64,000 nt of DNA, from assembly GCF_009914755.1 (NCBI RefSeq), contig NC_060939.1; one strand, 5' to 3'. The stretch comes from the human T2T-CHM13v2.0 reference genome, Homo sapiens. Under the pieces are notes generated by a model, which had not been told where the DNA came from, did not search any database, and worked only from the letters and a program-made list of their open reading frames with translations. This document shows positions 1 through 19,475 of the stretch, in pieces; position 1 is the first letter of the stretch, and the number at the start of each line of letters is the position of its first letter. The translations under genes and the position numbers were made by a program.

Positions 1-1484
1 TCTGCAGACCAGACCACTTTGTTTTCGGTCAGTTTGGGGCAGGCAGCAGTACACAGTGGAGCTGAGCTGGTTGATTCATTCCTGGATATGTGCAGAAGGA
101 AGCTGAGAGCTGTGACTGCCTTCAGGGCTTCCAGCTGACCCACTCACTGGGTGAGGGCACAGGCTCTGGAATGGGCACCCTCCTCCACAGCAAGATCCGA
201 GAAGAGGATCCTGACCACATCATGAACACCTCCAGTGTAATGCCCTCACTCAAAGTGTTTGGCACTGTGGCTGAGCCCTGCAGTGCCCCCTCCCCATCCA
301 TCCACTGGTAGAGAACACTGATGAGACCTGCGGCACAGACATTGAGGCTCCTTATAATATTCGCTTCCGCACCCTCGAGCTGACCACACAAAACTATGAG
401 GACCTGACCCACCTGTCTCAGCTAACATGCGTGGGGTCACCACCTTCCTCTGCTTCCCTCACCAGCTCAATTCGGACCTCTGCAAGCTAGCAGTCAATAC
501 AGTGTCCTTCCCACGCCTCCAGTTCTTCATGGCTACCTTTGCCCCTCTCACCAGTTGTGGAAGCCAGCTGTATAGGGCTCTCACCATGCCCAAACTCACC
601 CAGCAGGTCTTTGATGCCAAGAACATGATGGCTGCCCCACCAGGACTGCCTTCTTCCATGAATATCCATCCATTCATGAAGGAAGTCAATGAGCAGATGC
701 TCAGTGTGCAGAACAAGAGTCGCCAGCAGCTATTTCATGGAATGGATGCTAACAACGGTCAAGACAGCCATGTGGGACATCCTTCCTCATGGCCACAAGA
801 TGGCGGTCACGTTCGTCGGCAACAGCGCGGCCACCCAGAAGCTCTCCATGGCCTCTCAGGGCAGTTCCCTGCTGTATTGTGCGGGAAGGCTGTCCTCCAC
901 TGGTATGCAGGGGAGGGCATGAACGAGATGGAGTTCGCTGAGGCCGAGAACAACATGAATGACTTCATCTCTGAACATCGACAGTCTAGGACGCCGCCGC
1001 AGAAGAGGGAGAGGACTCAGTGAGGAAGCCCAGTGGGAGGCCTAAGGCAGAGCTCCCATCACCTCAGGCATCTCAATTCCTTCAGCCTTCTTCCTTGGCT
1101 GCCCCTTTCTTCTCCCTCAGTAGTCGTGTTTGCTGCCTTTACCTTGTTTATCTGGGGAGAGGGAGGGTCTAGAGCAGTGCCTGGTACATAGTAAGTGCTC
1201 AATAAATATTTGTCTGCTGAATGTCTCCTCTCTCTTTCCACTCCAGGAAACCTAGATTTCTGCCGATCTGGGTAACCGTGTATTTCCTTCTGGTACCCTC
1301 CTCCCATCTGCCCAATTAATATGTCCCTCTGTTTTCAAAATAATTCTCCAGGAAGCTGGGTCCCATTCAGATCCCATTTAGAACCAACCGGGTGCTGAAA
1401 ACCCAGATAATGTGCACCATCCTATGTCCACGTAGTAGCCAGCACTGGGAAGGTAGAAGGTGGCAGGAAGAAGTTACTGCAAGG

Positions 1485-1633
1485 GGCTGGGCATGGTGGC
1501 TCACGCCAGTCATCCCAGCACTTTGAGAGGCTGAGGCTGGAAGATTGCTTGAGCTTAGATGTTTGAAACCAGCCTGGGCAACATAGCAAGACCACGTCTC
1601 TATTTTTTTTTTAAGTAACAATAAAAAAAAAGA
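1485..1633 (+). mobile_element. Alu monomer (FLAM-like) in the pseudogene 3'UTR
   Basis: Left-monomer sequence with a perfect 17-bp TSD aagaagttactgcaagg at 1468-1484 and 1634-1650. Confidence 0.9.
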
Positions 1634-1716
1634 AAGAAGTTACTGCAAGGAAGAGGATGGGATTTTCCATTCTAGAACGGTTTTGGAGAGGGAAATCCAG
1701 GCTCATAAAGCCATAA

Positions 1717-2163
<447 letters not shown>

Positions 2164-3431
2164 CCCTCTCACATTTTGGATCCCTTCCTTTTCCCTAATC
2201 AGAAAAGGAGATTAAGAGGGAGAGATCTGCCTGGGTCCCTTAGCCTCTAGAAATGCCCTCTCCATTCCCAATTTGTCTTACCCCTTAAAAGGTGTAACAT
2301 CCCTGACATATGTGGGAAGGTGTGTTCCCCCACCTAAATGTTTGAGTCATTCCCAAGATGAGAGGGGATGGGGCAACATCTCATCTCTTCCTTTTGCTAT
2401 TCCCTTTTTTCCCCTGCTCTTGGTTTTGTCCTACCCTACACTTCAGATTTCTATTTTGGGTTGAACTTGCTGCTTTTTCCTCATAATGAAAAGATGACAT
2501 TGTCCCAAGAGCCAAAATTAAATGGGAATTGGAAAAAAATCCACTGTGCAGATTGTCTTTCTTCCCTACCCGGCAGGGATGATACAGGGAAGCAGCGTCC
2601 AATACCACCTTTGTTAAGAGCCTAGAAGCTCAAAGTGTGGGCACTCCTGAGAGAGGGCCCTCATGCACATGCCATGGCACCAGAGGACCTGGTGGGACAG
2701 CAGCCCCCACCCCGGTTCACAGAGCAGCTGCCATCGCCCAGGCTAACCTGGAGCATGCAGGTAACAGTGTCTGTTGGAGGATCACACATATGTTGTTGCT
2801 AGACAATGTACCCTGAACAATGCAAATATACAGCAGTTTTGCAAACATCAGAGCAGACAAAAGTCATTCTTGATGTATTACCCTCAATTTGGAATAAATC
2901 CTTTGTGCAACAGAGCATTTCCCTTACCCTTTATAAAAAGCTCCTTTTAAGGCAGACCTTTGGACAAACCAAGGGGACGATGACCCCTTGGTCAGACTTC
3001 TTTTTACCAGGATGTGGCAGAGTTAGCCTGCAGTGTGAGAAGACAAGTCCTCTGACACCACTTGAAGGGGCTGAGACAGACCCGGTCAGGGCTGATGGCT
3101 GTCAGAGGGCTCACCACTCCACACTCAGAGGTGGATTTTTTTCCAATTCCCCTGCTCTGTGAGACAGTCACACTCACAGAGTGTCTCTTTAGAAGCTTTT
3201 ATGGAAGCTTTTAAATTTGCTTCACAAAATGTTAACCTGGCTGTGTTTTCTGCATTGCATATATTTAAGGTGTATGACTTGATGATCTGATTGGTTGAAT
3301 TTTTGATTGTTTACCTTTTCCTTTTTTCATACTGCTTTAAGTATAACAAAAAGGGAAAGGAAACTTTTAAAATACATTGGATCTCATTTCCCCTTTACAG
3401 ACAAGTATTTTGCTTCCTATGACTCAACTTT

Positions 3432-4254
<823 letters not shown>

Positions 4255-4851
4255 ACTCATTATTTCATGTCTTCAGCTGCGATATTAAGAAACATGATGG
4301 AATCCATCAACCTACGCCATCAGCATTCATCAACACAGGTGCAACTTAGGTTAAAAGATGAGGCTTTGGGGGAAGATATTCAAAGCACCAAGCCCTACTT
4401 GTCACCAAAAGCAGAATTTCAGATCAGTGGGTGGACATTGGGCAGGAGGCGCTCTTATGTGGCATCTCTCAGAGAGCTCTGCAGGGTCTCATCCCGATGG
4501 CTGCACAAGGTGGTGGGTGACGGGGATGCCCGCTGAGCCTGAGGCCCAGGGCAGCCTGACAGAGGGCCTGTGTCTCAGCCCTCTCGGGCAGAAGGTTAGG
4601 ACCAGGCAGCCTGGCATCTTGATTTCCACAGCCCTTTTCCTCATCCTCTTGGTCTCATGTCCTGCTCTGGACTCTCTAACTAGCTGGTTAGTTCCTGACC
4701 AAGGTTGGGCTTCCTCCACTCCCACCTCTGTTTCTGTTTCCTAATTTTCGTGGGCTGCCTATCTCTTTCTTAGAGTCTTAGAAATAATGGCTAGTTCATC
4801 TGTCTGTAGCCATGTCTATAGTGTCCATAGGCTTAAAAATGTTTTCACAGA

Positions 4852-5155
<304 letters not shown>

Positions 5156-5771
5156 TCACAGATGATCCAGGAAACGCACTTTGAAGGGTCCTAAATCTGC
5201 TTTCCCTCCCGTGAGCCTCTTGTGAATCTGAAGTTCTCAGCAGGTTGCCAGCCACTAATAGAACAGAGAAACACAGAAATCAATGCGAAAACCTTTGTTG
5301 CTATGTTCTTCTTACAAAAATTACAGACATGTCCTAGGTAAGATAAGCATATGTTCTCTGATAATGATGATCAATATCATTCTTCTCTGAAATGCAATCT
5401 AGAAAACAGGTCCCCAGAGGCTGCCCTGATGGGTGGTGGCTGCCAGCAGTGTGCCCTGAAGGAGACTGATCTGGTCACATGGCCCTCCCACCCCAGGGTG
5501 GCAGCACCCACAGACTTAGGAGAGACACACAGGAGGGTGACTCAGCCTGGCTCTCAAGAAAGGGCCAAAACACCCTTGGTGAGAAAGCACAGAAGACGCT
5601 AAGACAACCCCTGGAGAAACCAAAGGAAGAAAGTTACATGCAGGAGACAGAGCCTAAGCAGACAAGAGCTGGAAGATTCCCCTGGCTGCGGCTGGAGTGG
5701 AGGAGGACCACACTCCCAGTGCAGAGCCACCCGGCAGGGGCCCATTTGAGTTTTGAAGCGAAATCACCCTT

Positions 5772-6290
5772 TCTGAGTACTCTTTGTGTGTCAGGCATGT
5801 GCTAGCTGTTTTGCATGCATGGCTGGGCGCGGTGGCTCACGCCTGTAATCCCAGCACTTTGGAAGGCCAAGACAGGTGGATCACAAGGTCAGGAGATCAA
5901 GACCATCCTGGCTAACACGGTGAAACCCCATCTCTACTAAAAATACAAAAAATTGGCCAGGTGTGGTCGCTGGCGCCTGTAATCCCAGCTACTTGGGAGG
6001 CTGAGGCAGGAAAATTGCTTGAACCCAGGAGGCGGAGGTTGCAGTGAGCCTAGGTTGTGTCACTGCACTCCCAGCCTGGGTGACAGAGCGAGACTCCATC
6101 TCAAAAATAAATAAATAAATAAGTCACAACAACCTCATGAGATAGACATCCTTACTTACAGATGGGGAAACTGAAACACTGAGGGTTAAATAACTCGCTA
6201 AATATCCCATGGCTGGTCATGGTGTAGCTGGGACACACACAAACCCAGGCCTATCAACTCCAGTGCCTACACGCTTATCCAGTGCCTCTA
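5772..6290 (-). mobile_element. MIR SINE split by an Alu
   Basis: MIR core acagatggggaaactga and gttaaataactcgc, plus tgtgtcaggcatgtgcta left of the Alu. Confidence 0.75.
5821..6122 (+). mobile_element. AluS (Sc-like)
   Basis: Full Alu with (aaat)n tail. Confidence 0.95.
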
Positions 6291-6699
6291 GAGGGACAGA
6301 CACAGTACTGAAAAGTGCCTGTGAAAGACAAAGTGTCACCTGTCTCATTGCAGTAGTGGACAAATGGAACTCTGACTGCTCAGGAAAGAAGAGGTCGGTG
6401 CTCTTGGAGCTTCACTCTCTTGTCCCATGCAGGTGCAGGGTAGAGGCTACGGATTTCCTGACACCCACCCTCCTGGCCATCCCCTGATCTCATCACCAGG
6501 CTCATCCTCCCACTCCTGGCCACGTGCCTGGAGGTTCTCCTGTCTCTGCCTCAGGTGGCTTTTCTGGTTTCTGGGCCATCTCTCATGGCCTCTGTGAGCC
6601 CTGTCCTCCCATGACTCACAGTTTGCTCCCTGAATCTCACCCTCAGACTCTAACTGGAGGATCCATTCCAGCTTTCCCGCATCTCAGTCCCAGTGAGTG

Positions 6700-7000
6700 G
6701 TTCTGTGTCTGTGAAGCCTCAGAAGCAGAACCAATGGGATGATATAGAATGTGGGGGTTTATTATAGGAATTTGATCTCATGCAAATGTGGGAACTGGTT
6801 AGAGTTTATGTACGTTTTTTGCTTCTGTGCCTGGTCAGCTGTGAGGAAGGACAGATGACACAAAGTGAGGAAAAGGACAAGCTCACCCTGGAGAATGAGT
6901 TTGGAGCCCTCCTGGGCTTCTCCCTACCTCTGGGAAGCACCTGTCAGGTGAATTGCAGGAGAAGCTGGTGCCTTTGCCATGGAGCTGAGCATGAACTACC
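6700..7000. mobile_element. Probable old MLT2-type LTR fragment
   Basis: cagaagcagaaccaatggga...tttattataggaatttgatctcatgcaaatgtggga resembles the MLT2 start. Boundaries are approximate. Confidence 0.5.
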
Positions 7001-7200
7001 TGGCCCAGCAGACAGGGAATTGGGAGAAACCGGGGGGAAGTGGTTGCTGCAGGCCGGGTTGCTCTCCCATGCCCAGGAGGTGGGCCGGCAGGTCAGGGAC
7101 AGTGCACCTGGGCTGTGAAGCTTGTGGTGCCTGCACTGACATTCTGAGCAAGGTGGCTGCTGTTTTCCCCTCCACCTTGCAAATCTCAAGAATGGGTCTG

Positions 7201-7362
7201 GGCCAGGTGCAGTGGCTCACACCTATAGTCCCAGCTACTTGGGAGGCTGAGGCAGGAGGATCATTTGAGCTCAGGAGTTCCAGGCTCCGATGAAATATGA
7301 TCACACCACTGCACTCCAGCCTGGGCGACAGAGTGAGACCATGTCTCTAAAATAAATAAATG
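7201..7362 (+). mobile_element. Alu monomer (FRAM/AluJ-like)
   Basis: Single Alu arm with an A-rich tail. Confidence 0.85.
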
Positions 7363-7817
7363 AAAAGGAAAAATAATGGTTTTGCTAGGCTCTTTTCCAC
7401 ACTGACTGATGAGGCCAAAGAAATAAGTGGGAAGAAGGAGTTCATGGAAACTGCCTGGCTGTTTCTGAGCCACTGTCCCCTGTCCCAGAGGCTTTGCTTG
7501 GGCAGACAGAGGGTTCATCTTACTGAGAGGTGGGGAAAAGGGCAGGAAATGGAAAGAAAGGAAGAACAAATCCCTCTCATTTGATCAGTTCATTTATTGG
7601 ATGTTTCTTGTTAGAAGCTGAGAATAAAGACATGCAAAAGATGCAGCCTGACCTCTGGAAGCAGACAGTATCGATTATCCCAGGCATGTGGGAGGAGCCG
7701 GGTGGACTCTCAGGGTCTCATCGTGCTGCTCTCCCAGGTCTTGCCTTAGGCACCACCATTACTGCATTTGAGAAATGGCGCTGGCAGTAGTTGCTCCTGC
7801 TTAAAATGTAAGGGGGC

Positions 7818-9268
<1,451 letters not shown>

Positions 9269-10059
9269 CTAAGGAGAAATGTTGAAACTACCAAGGAGAA
9301 GGTGTTATTGAGAATAAACTCCAACAGCCGAGACCTGTTGGTCCTCTTTGGTCAACTGGAGCAGGTGAGAGGGGATGCCCTGACCTCAAGCCTCTCCTCT
9401 CCAATTGTTTCAAGGTTTGCTTCTGTGAAAAGGAAAATGGAAGTTTACTTAAACCCCGGCATGTGTTTTATTTTGTCCTAATTGTGTAGCCAGGCATTCA
9501 CTGTTCTCATTAGTTCTGCCAAGTCAGCACCAGAGGCTGGCGAGGTGGCCGTGGAGATGAACGAGTCCTTCCAGATGGCAGAGAGCGGTGTGAGGCTGAG
9601 GCTTGTCATAGTGATATGCAATGCCCCTGAACTCTGAAGCTGAGAACTTCCTTTGGGAAGCTGGGTGACCATCTGCGAACACTTCCACCCCAAACATCAT
9701 CATCAGTGGTTTTACGATGATGTTTGAGTTCCTAGTGTAGCAGTTAAATTTTACAGCAAAAGCTATAATGCTCCTTTATACTTTGTTAAATTATCTTTGG
9801 ACAAAGAGTTATGGGAGAAGGTGAAGAATGAAGAATTCCTTTCTGAAACACAATAAAAAGAGTGGATCAATGTTTTTCGGTAGCTCCTGGGGCCGTCTTC
9901 CCCTGACAATGTTTCTCAACGCTGAAACACACACATGGTCTTGCAGAGCCAGCCTCTGAGCGAGGAAAAGCTTGGCACCCCCATGTCCTGAGTGGGCTCA
10001 AGTTCAGGTTTCCAAGGCCATGGTGCCCAAGCTACAGGCAGCCAAAGTTTCAGATGTTA

Positions 10060-10260
10060 CCATAGCTAATTGTAATTTACTCAGCTTCATCCTCACAAAG
10101 CTGAGGACATTAACACTGTAGTTAGCACCATTTTCCAGCAGGGGAACTGGGGTTTAGACACAGAGTTAGGTTTTGCTCAAGGTCATGCAGCAAGTAAACG
10201 TGAAAAATGAGGTTTGAACCCAGGCAATCTGGGTTTAGAGGCTGAAGACTTTACTACATG
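10060..10260 (-). mobile_element. MIR fragment
   Basis: cattttccagcaggggaactgggg...gctcaaggtcatgcagcaagtaa...tttgaacccaggcaatctg. Confidence 0.7.
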
Positions 10261-10527
10261 CAGCTTGGGCTCTGGTGGCAGAGATGTCAACGCCATCAGA
10301 ACAATACAGAACTCATGAAAGCTCCAGTTCCAGATAGGATGTTGAGGACACCACAATGTCAGAAGGTGTCACACTGGTTTTGTTTTTAAATCAAGAAGGT
10401 GCTAAAAGGAGGCAATCAGATAATAGGAGAAAAAAAGTCACTACTGGGTTGGGGCACATGCATGAGCCTGCAGGGACAGGAAGGAGGGAGGGTAAGGTAT
10501 CTCCACCAGACCCTCAACTCACCCTCT

Positions 10528-10745
10528 CCCTCCTCCTGGGTTCAAGTGATTCTCCTGCCTCAGCCTCCCAAGTAGCTGGGATTACAGGCGCCCACCACTA
10601 CGCCCAGCTAAGTTTTGTATTTTTAGTAGAGACGGTTTCATCATGTTGGTTGGTCAGGCTGGTCTTGAACTCCTGACCTCAGGTGATCCACCTGCCTCGG
10701 CCTCCCAAAGTGCTGGGATTATAGGCGTGAGCCACCGCACCAGGC
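10528..10745 (-). mobile_element. Alu lacking its 3' end and tail
   Basis: Alu similarity begins at cctgggttcaagtgattctcc, with no T-tail. Confidence 0.9.
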
Positions 10746-11578
10746 TTCCAGTCCCTTCTTTTGGCCTCTAGTTATAAAGGTAATTGTAACCATGAAATAT
10801 CCAGGATATAAGTTCCCTTTGCCCACTGGTACTTTCGACTTGGTTTATCCACGTTTTCGTGCACTCTGTGTCTTCTTAGTCTATATCCTATGATAGTTAT
10901 TCTACGATTCACACAATATCCATTCTCTCATTTCTTACGACCAAATTTAACTTCAACCTTTTCTAACTTTGTGATACCAGAAAATCAAAATGATTTATCT
11001 CTTTCCTTCTGTCTCCCAATAACGCGCACACATGCACGTGCGCACACACACACACACACGTACAATATAGTTTCTAGAAAATGTTCATCTAGCTCGGTTT
11101 TCTGGCCCTTAACCGAATGTGTGAGTAGTGTAAGGATGCATTTTCTTGATCCTGTGCTATGTTTAAAGCAATATGTCTCCATCTGATCAGGGTTATGTCT
11201 CTCTACAAATGCTGGATTTATGTAAATGCCACTCTGTCTCCAACCAGTACAGCACATGATTTAGCTGTCGTTCAGTGATGTTATTTTGGAGAACTGCATG
11301 AGCTCTAACTACAGAATTTAAGAAATTCTATATTAAAGGAGAAGAACCAGCATCAGTGCTGGCTTTTACAAAACTATTTATTTCAAAATAATTGGAGACC
11401 CACAGGGACTTGTAAAAATAAGAAATAGAGTTTGTTGAGCCCTCCCTCACCTTACTTCCTCCAGTGGTGACATCTTTTATAACTCTATTGCAACATGAGA
11501 GCCAAGGACCAAGAAATTAACACTGCTACATTACACTGCAACCTTACTCAGTTTTCACTTATTTTTACCCTGCATTAA

Positions 11579-11580
<2 letters not shown>

Positions 11581-11619
<39 letters not shown>
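11581..11619. repeat. (TG)n microsatellite
   Basis: About 19 TG units. Confidence 0.97.
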
Positions 11620-11622
<3 letters not shown>

Positions 11623-12110
11623 GTTTTATGCAATTTTACCCTATGTGTAGATTTATGTAATGTCAGGATCAGGATACGGAACCATTCTATCATCTCTGGG
11701 GAACTATCTCATACCCATCCTATCCAGGCTCACCCATCCACCCACCCGTCCCTAACAGCAACCACTAACCTGTTCTCTATCTCTATAGTTTTGTCATTTT
11801 GAGGATGTTTTGAAATGAACTTGTACAATATTTTTTAAAAAAACCATTTCAAATTGGCTGTTTTTACTAAGTAAAATGAATGCCCTTAATATCCATCCAA
11901 GCTACTGCATGCATCAATAGTTTTCATTGCTGAGTAATATTTTCTTTTATGGATGAACCAGTTTGTTCAACTCTTCACCCTTTGAAGGACATTTGGGTTG
12001 TTTCCACTGTTTGGTTATTATGAATAAAATCGCTGTGAGTGTACAAGTTTGTGTGTGAATATAACTTTCCATTTCACTACTGGGTTGTATTGTTAGTACA
12101 TGCCTAGTTT

Positions 12111-12405
<295 letters not shown>

Positions 12406-12543
12406 GTACATGCCTAGTTTTTAAAGAAACTTATTTTCCAGAGTGGTTATACCATTTTCACACTTCCACTAGCTATGTGTGAGAATTCCAGTTTCTCAAC
12501 ATCCTTGCCAAGATTTCATGTTATGCCTATTTTTATATTTTAG

Positions 12544-12835
<292 letters not shown>

Positions 12836-12940
12836 TCATGTTGTTGCTAGTACATAAAAATACAATTGATTTTTCTGTGTTGATCTTGTATCTTCAAACT
12901 TTGCTATACTCACTTAGCTCTAGGAGTTTTCCTAGATTTC

Positions 12941-13292
12941 TGATAGGGTTTGGCTGTGTCCCCACCCAAATCTCACCTTGAATTGTAATAATCCCGACAT
13001 GTCAAAGGCAGGGCCAAGTGGAGACAATTGAATCATGGGGGCGGTTTCCCCCATACTGTTCTTGTGGTAGTGAATAAGTCTCATGAGATTTGACGGTTTT
13101 ATAAATGGGAGCTCCCCTGCACAAGCTCTCTTGCCTGCCTCCATGTAGGATGTGACTTTGCTCATTTGCCTTCTGCCACAATTGCGAGGCCTCCCAGCCA
13201 TGTGGAACTGTGAGTTCATTAAACCTCTTTCCATTATAAATTACCCAATCTTGAGTATGTCTTTATTAGCAGCAGGAGAACAGACTAATACA
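12941..13292 (+). mobile_element. THE1 (MaLR) solo LTR
   Basis: tgatagggtttggctgtgtccccacccaaatctc...cagactaataca. Confidence 0.93.
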
Positions 13293-13889
13293 GTATCTTA
13301 CTTAGCATTTTTTACCTAATCAGGTCATCTGAAAATATGGACAGTTTTATTTCTTCCTTTTTGAGCTGTATGCTTTTTATTTTCTTTTCTTGCCTTATTT
13401 TACTGACTGAAAACTTGACAGGACACATCCTTATCTTGTTCCATATCTTACAAGAAAAACGTGAGCTTTCACCATTGAGATGATGTCAACTGTAGGATTT
13501 TCTGTAGATGATCTTACTCAAGTTTAGGAGGTTCCCCTTCATACCTAGTTTGCTGAGGGTTTTTATCATAAAATGATAAAGACAAATAAAACAAATACAA
13601 TAAAAAAACAAATAAAAATAAACTGTCTTTATTGTTGCCAGTCTTGAGATAATTTTGTCATTTTTACTGATATTTTCAAAGAGCCAGCTTTTTCTTTGAT
13701 TTCTGCTCTTCTCTTTGTTATTTTTTCCTTCTTTTCCTGGTTTCCTGGGGTGGGTGCTTAATTTTTGACCTTAGGATCTTTCTTCTTTCCTAATATAAGC
13801 ATTTGGTGCTGTAAATTTCCCTCTGTGCAGTGCTTTAGCTGCATGTCACAAATTTCGATGTGATGTGTTTTCGTTTCATGCAGCTATGG

Positions 13890-15095
<1,206 letters not shown>

Positions 15096-15245
15096 ATGTG
15101 ATCTTACTCTCTTTACATTTGTGAAGGTTTGTTTTTTATGATCCAGGTTTTCATCTATCTTAAATGTTCCACGGTGCTTGAAAAGAATGTATACTATGCT
15201 GTTGTCACTTAGAATATTCTATCGATGTCCATTAGATCATGTTGA

Positions 15246-15896
<651 letters not shown>

Positions 15897-16545
15897 TAGT
15901 GAGTTTCTTAGGTGCATCACATAGATGGGTCATTTTTTAATCCATTCTTCCAATCTCTGTTTTTCAGTTCGTCACTAATTATATTTTACAGAGATCATTT
16001 ATATTAAAAATAATTATTAATCGATTAGGGCTCAAGTCTACCATTTTATTATTGATCTCCTGTGTGTTGTCTCCAGTTCTTGTTCCTTTGTGTACCTCTT
16101 CTTGATTTCTTGTGGATTACCTGAATGTTATTTAGAATTTCATTTTGATTTGTTCATAATGTTTTTTATTCATTTGAATAATTTTCTTAGTGTTTGCTCT
16201 AGGTATACCAAAATATATGAAGCATATCGCAGTCTACTAGTATTGACATTTACCATAGTCAAGTGTAGAAACTTTACTTCCCTTTATTTCCCTTTGCCCT
16301 CTCCAATTTTTAAATATCGTTTTAAGTACTTCTATATACACTGAGTACCATACCAGATGGCATTATAATGTTTGTTTTAACCATCAAATATAATTGCATA
16401 AGGAGAAGGATAGTCTATTACGTTTGCCCTTTTTACTTATTCTATTGTTTTTTTCTTTCATTCTGTATTTCCTTTCCTCTTTCTGTCATCTCCATCTGCT
16501 ATCACTTGCATTTTGTTTCTTTAGCTGTTCTTTAAAAGTAGATTT

Positions 16546-16853
16546 GGCTGGGCATGGTGGCTCATGCCTGTAATCCCAGCACTTCAGGAGGCCAAAGCAG
16601 GTGGATCACTTGGGGCCAGGAATTCGAGACCAGCCTGGCCAACATGGTGAAACCCCATCTCTACTAAAAATACAAAAATTGGCGGGGCATGGTAGTGCAC
16701 ACCTGTAATCCCAGCTACTCGGGAGGCTGAGGCAGCAGAACGCTTGAACCCAGGAGGCGGAGGGTGCAGTGAGCCGAGAGCATGCCACCGCACTCCGGCC
16801 CGGGTGACACAATGAGACCCTGTCTCAAAAATTAAAATAAATAAATAAATAAA
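16546..16853 (+). mobile_element. AluS
   Basis: Full dimeric Alu. Confidence 0.95.
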
Positions 16854-17393
16854 ATTTTTAAAAAGAGTAAATCTGATGGCAACAAATTCTATTCCTTTGT
16901 CTGCGAATGTCTTTATCCTTCAGAAATAAATGGTACTTTCACTAGTTTTAGGACATAGGGTTTATAATTCTTTATTTTTCAGCCCTTGAAAAATGCTGGG
17001 CTACTTCCTCCTGGTCTCCATGGTTTCAGATGATGAACATTCTGTCATTCAAATCATTGTTCCCCTGTAACTAATTCATCGTTTCTTTCTAGCTGCTTTC
17101 AATTGTGTTTTTTGGGGATTTTTGTCTTCAGTTTTCAGAAGTTTTATTATAATGTATCTTGATGTGGATTCTTTTGGTTTTATTCTGTTTGAGATTCACT
17201 TAGCTTTTTGAATCTAAGTTTATGCCTTGCACCAAAGTTGGGGAATTTTCAGCCATTATTTCTTCTGGCGCCTTTTCAGCTTCACAAATTTTCTCCTATC
17301 CTGGAACTCTGATGACATAAACGCTAGTTCTTTTGTCATTGTCCTGCAGGTTATGAGACTTTGTTCATTTTTTTCCCCCAGGCTATTTTCTCT

Positions 17394-17680
<287 letters not shown>

Positions 17681-19153
17681 GTATTATTTAGATTGAGTAA
17701 ATTTTATTTCTCTATTCTCACATTCACTAATTTTATTCTCCGTCATCTCTAAGCTAGTACGGAGCTCATTCAGCAAACTGTTTCTTTCAGTTCCTGTATT
17801 TTTAGTTCTATGATTTTCATTTAGTTCCTTTTTTACATCTTCTATTTCTTTGCTGAGACTTTCTATGTTTACTTGTTTCAGGAGTATTTGTAATTGCTTG
17901 TTGAAACTTTTTGTGATGGCGGCTTTGAAATCTTCATCAGCAAATTTCAACTGCTGAATCATCTTCATGTGTGCTTTTGTTTGTGGTCTGTGGCCATTCA
18001 AGTTATTTTCTGGGTTCCTGGCATGACAAGCGGTCTTTGATTGTATCTTGGAGACTTTGGGTACTATGTTAGAAGACTCAGGGTCTGTCTTCTTTAAAGT
18101 TTCCATTTTAGCAGGCAGTTTCCCCGTTTAGACTTAGGATGCAAGTCCCTTAGGCTGCGGGTCCAATGACGACTGAGTTTTCAGAGCCCCTGTAGTGCTA
18201 CTGTAGTCAAGTTTGTTAGTGTGCCACCTGCGGGGCACTCTGCAATGCGTATGTACATCTGCATGTGTGAAACTTTCACACTGGTCCAGTTCTAATCTTT
18301 TGATGTGTTGAACTGGTCAGTTTTTACCTTTGGGTTGATCAGCTGTCTGCGCCAGACCTTCTAGGCAGGGCTTAAAGAATCATTTTCTCCAGCTTTTTCC
18401 TATCTGAGATCCTCTTCCCCATGTCTAGCTGGGGGTGGGGACAGAAGTCCAGACTCCCCACTCCATCTCTGTGGACACCATGCCAGTAGGGAAGGAACTT
18501 GCTGCCAACAGCTGCCAACAACTTGCTGCCAACAGCTGCCACCTGGCCCTGGTGGATGGGAGTGGGAGTCCACACCCCCTCCCTGGCCTCTGCTGATGGC
18601 ACCAGCCCAGGCTGCCTGCTGCTGCTGGGCGGGGCATAGGAGTCTAGACTCTCCTTTGAGACTTCACTGCAGTGCTGGAGTTGCTAAGGTGTGCACTTAG
18701 CTGGAGGTAAAGTGGATATTATCAAAAAGGACTTCCGTCCTGTGGGCTGCCCATTTCCCTGTCTCTGCTAGATAAATAAGGTTTTTCTTCAAGCTTTATT
18801 TTCCATCTGTGCCTTATGGTGGTTCTGGATTGCAGGCTTCTCTAGCACCCAGTCCAGAATATAGCAAAGATAAAAAGAAAACCCAGAGTGTCGCCACCAC
18901 CTCAGTCCTCAAGTCTTGAGTTCTCGAACCAGGCTGCCTGCCTCTTTTTACTTTTCCAAGGGTCCTTATGATTATCCATTAAATTATTTCCAGGGTTTTT
19001 AGTTTTACTTAACAAAAAGGAGCAGAGGGAAGTGAATCTACTTGTCTAGGACCAGAAAGCCAGCTGCTTTTTTATGCTGTCTTTTATTTTGTAGCTAGAA
19101 ACTCCTGGATTTTTTTCCTCAGAATGTTGGAGTCAATGTTTCTTTTATTTTCA

Positions 19154-19475
<322 letters not shown>

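Noticed and set aside
427-1023. 198-aa tubulin-like ORF
   Set aside because: It is an internal pseudogene fragment that drifts out of and back into the tubulin frame, with deletions and no N-terminus.
18495-18542. Short direct repeat aacttgctgccaacagctgcc x2 (similar duplications at about 34216-34260 and 40790-40850)
   Set aside because: Simple slippage duplications inside decayed repeats, not CRISPR-like or functional arrays.
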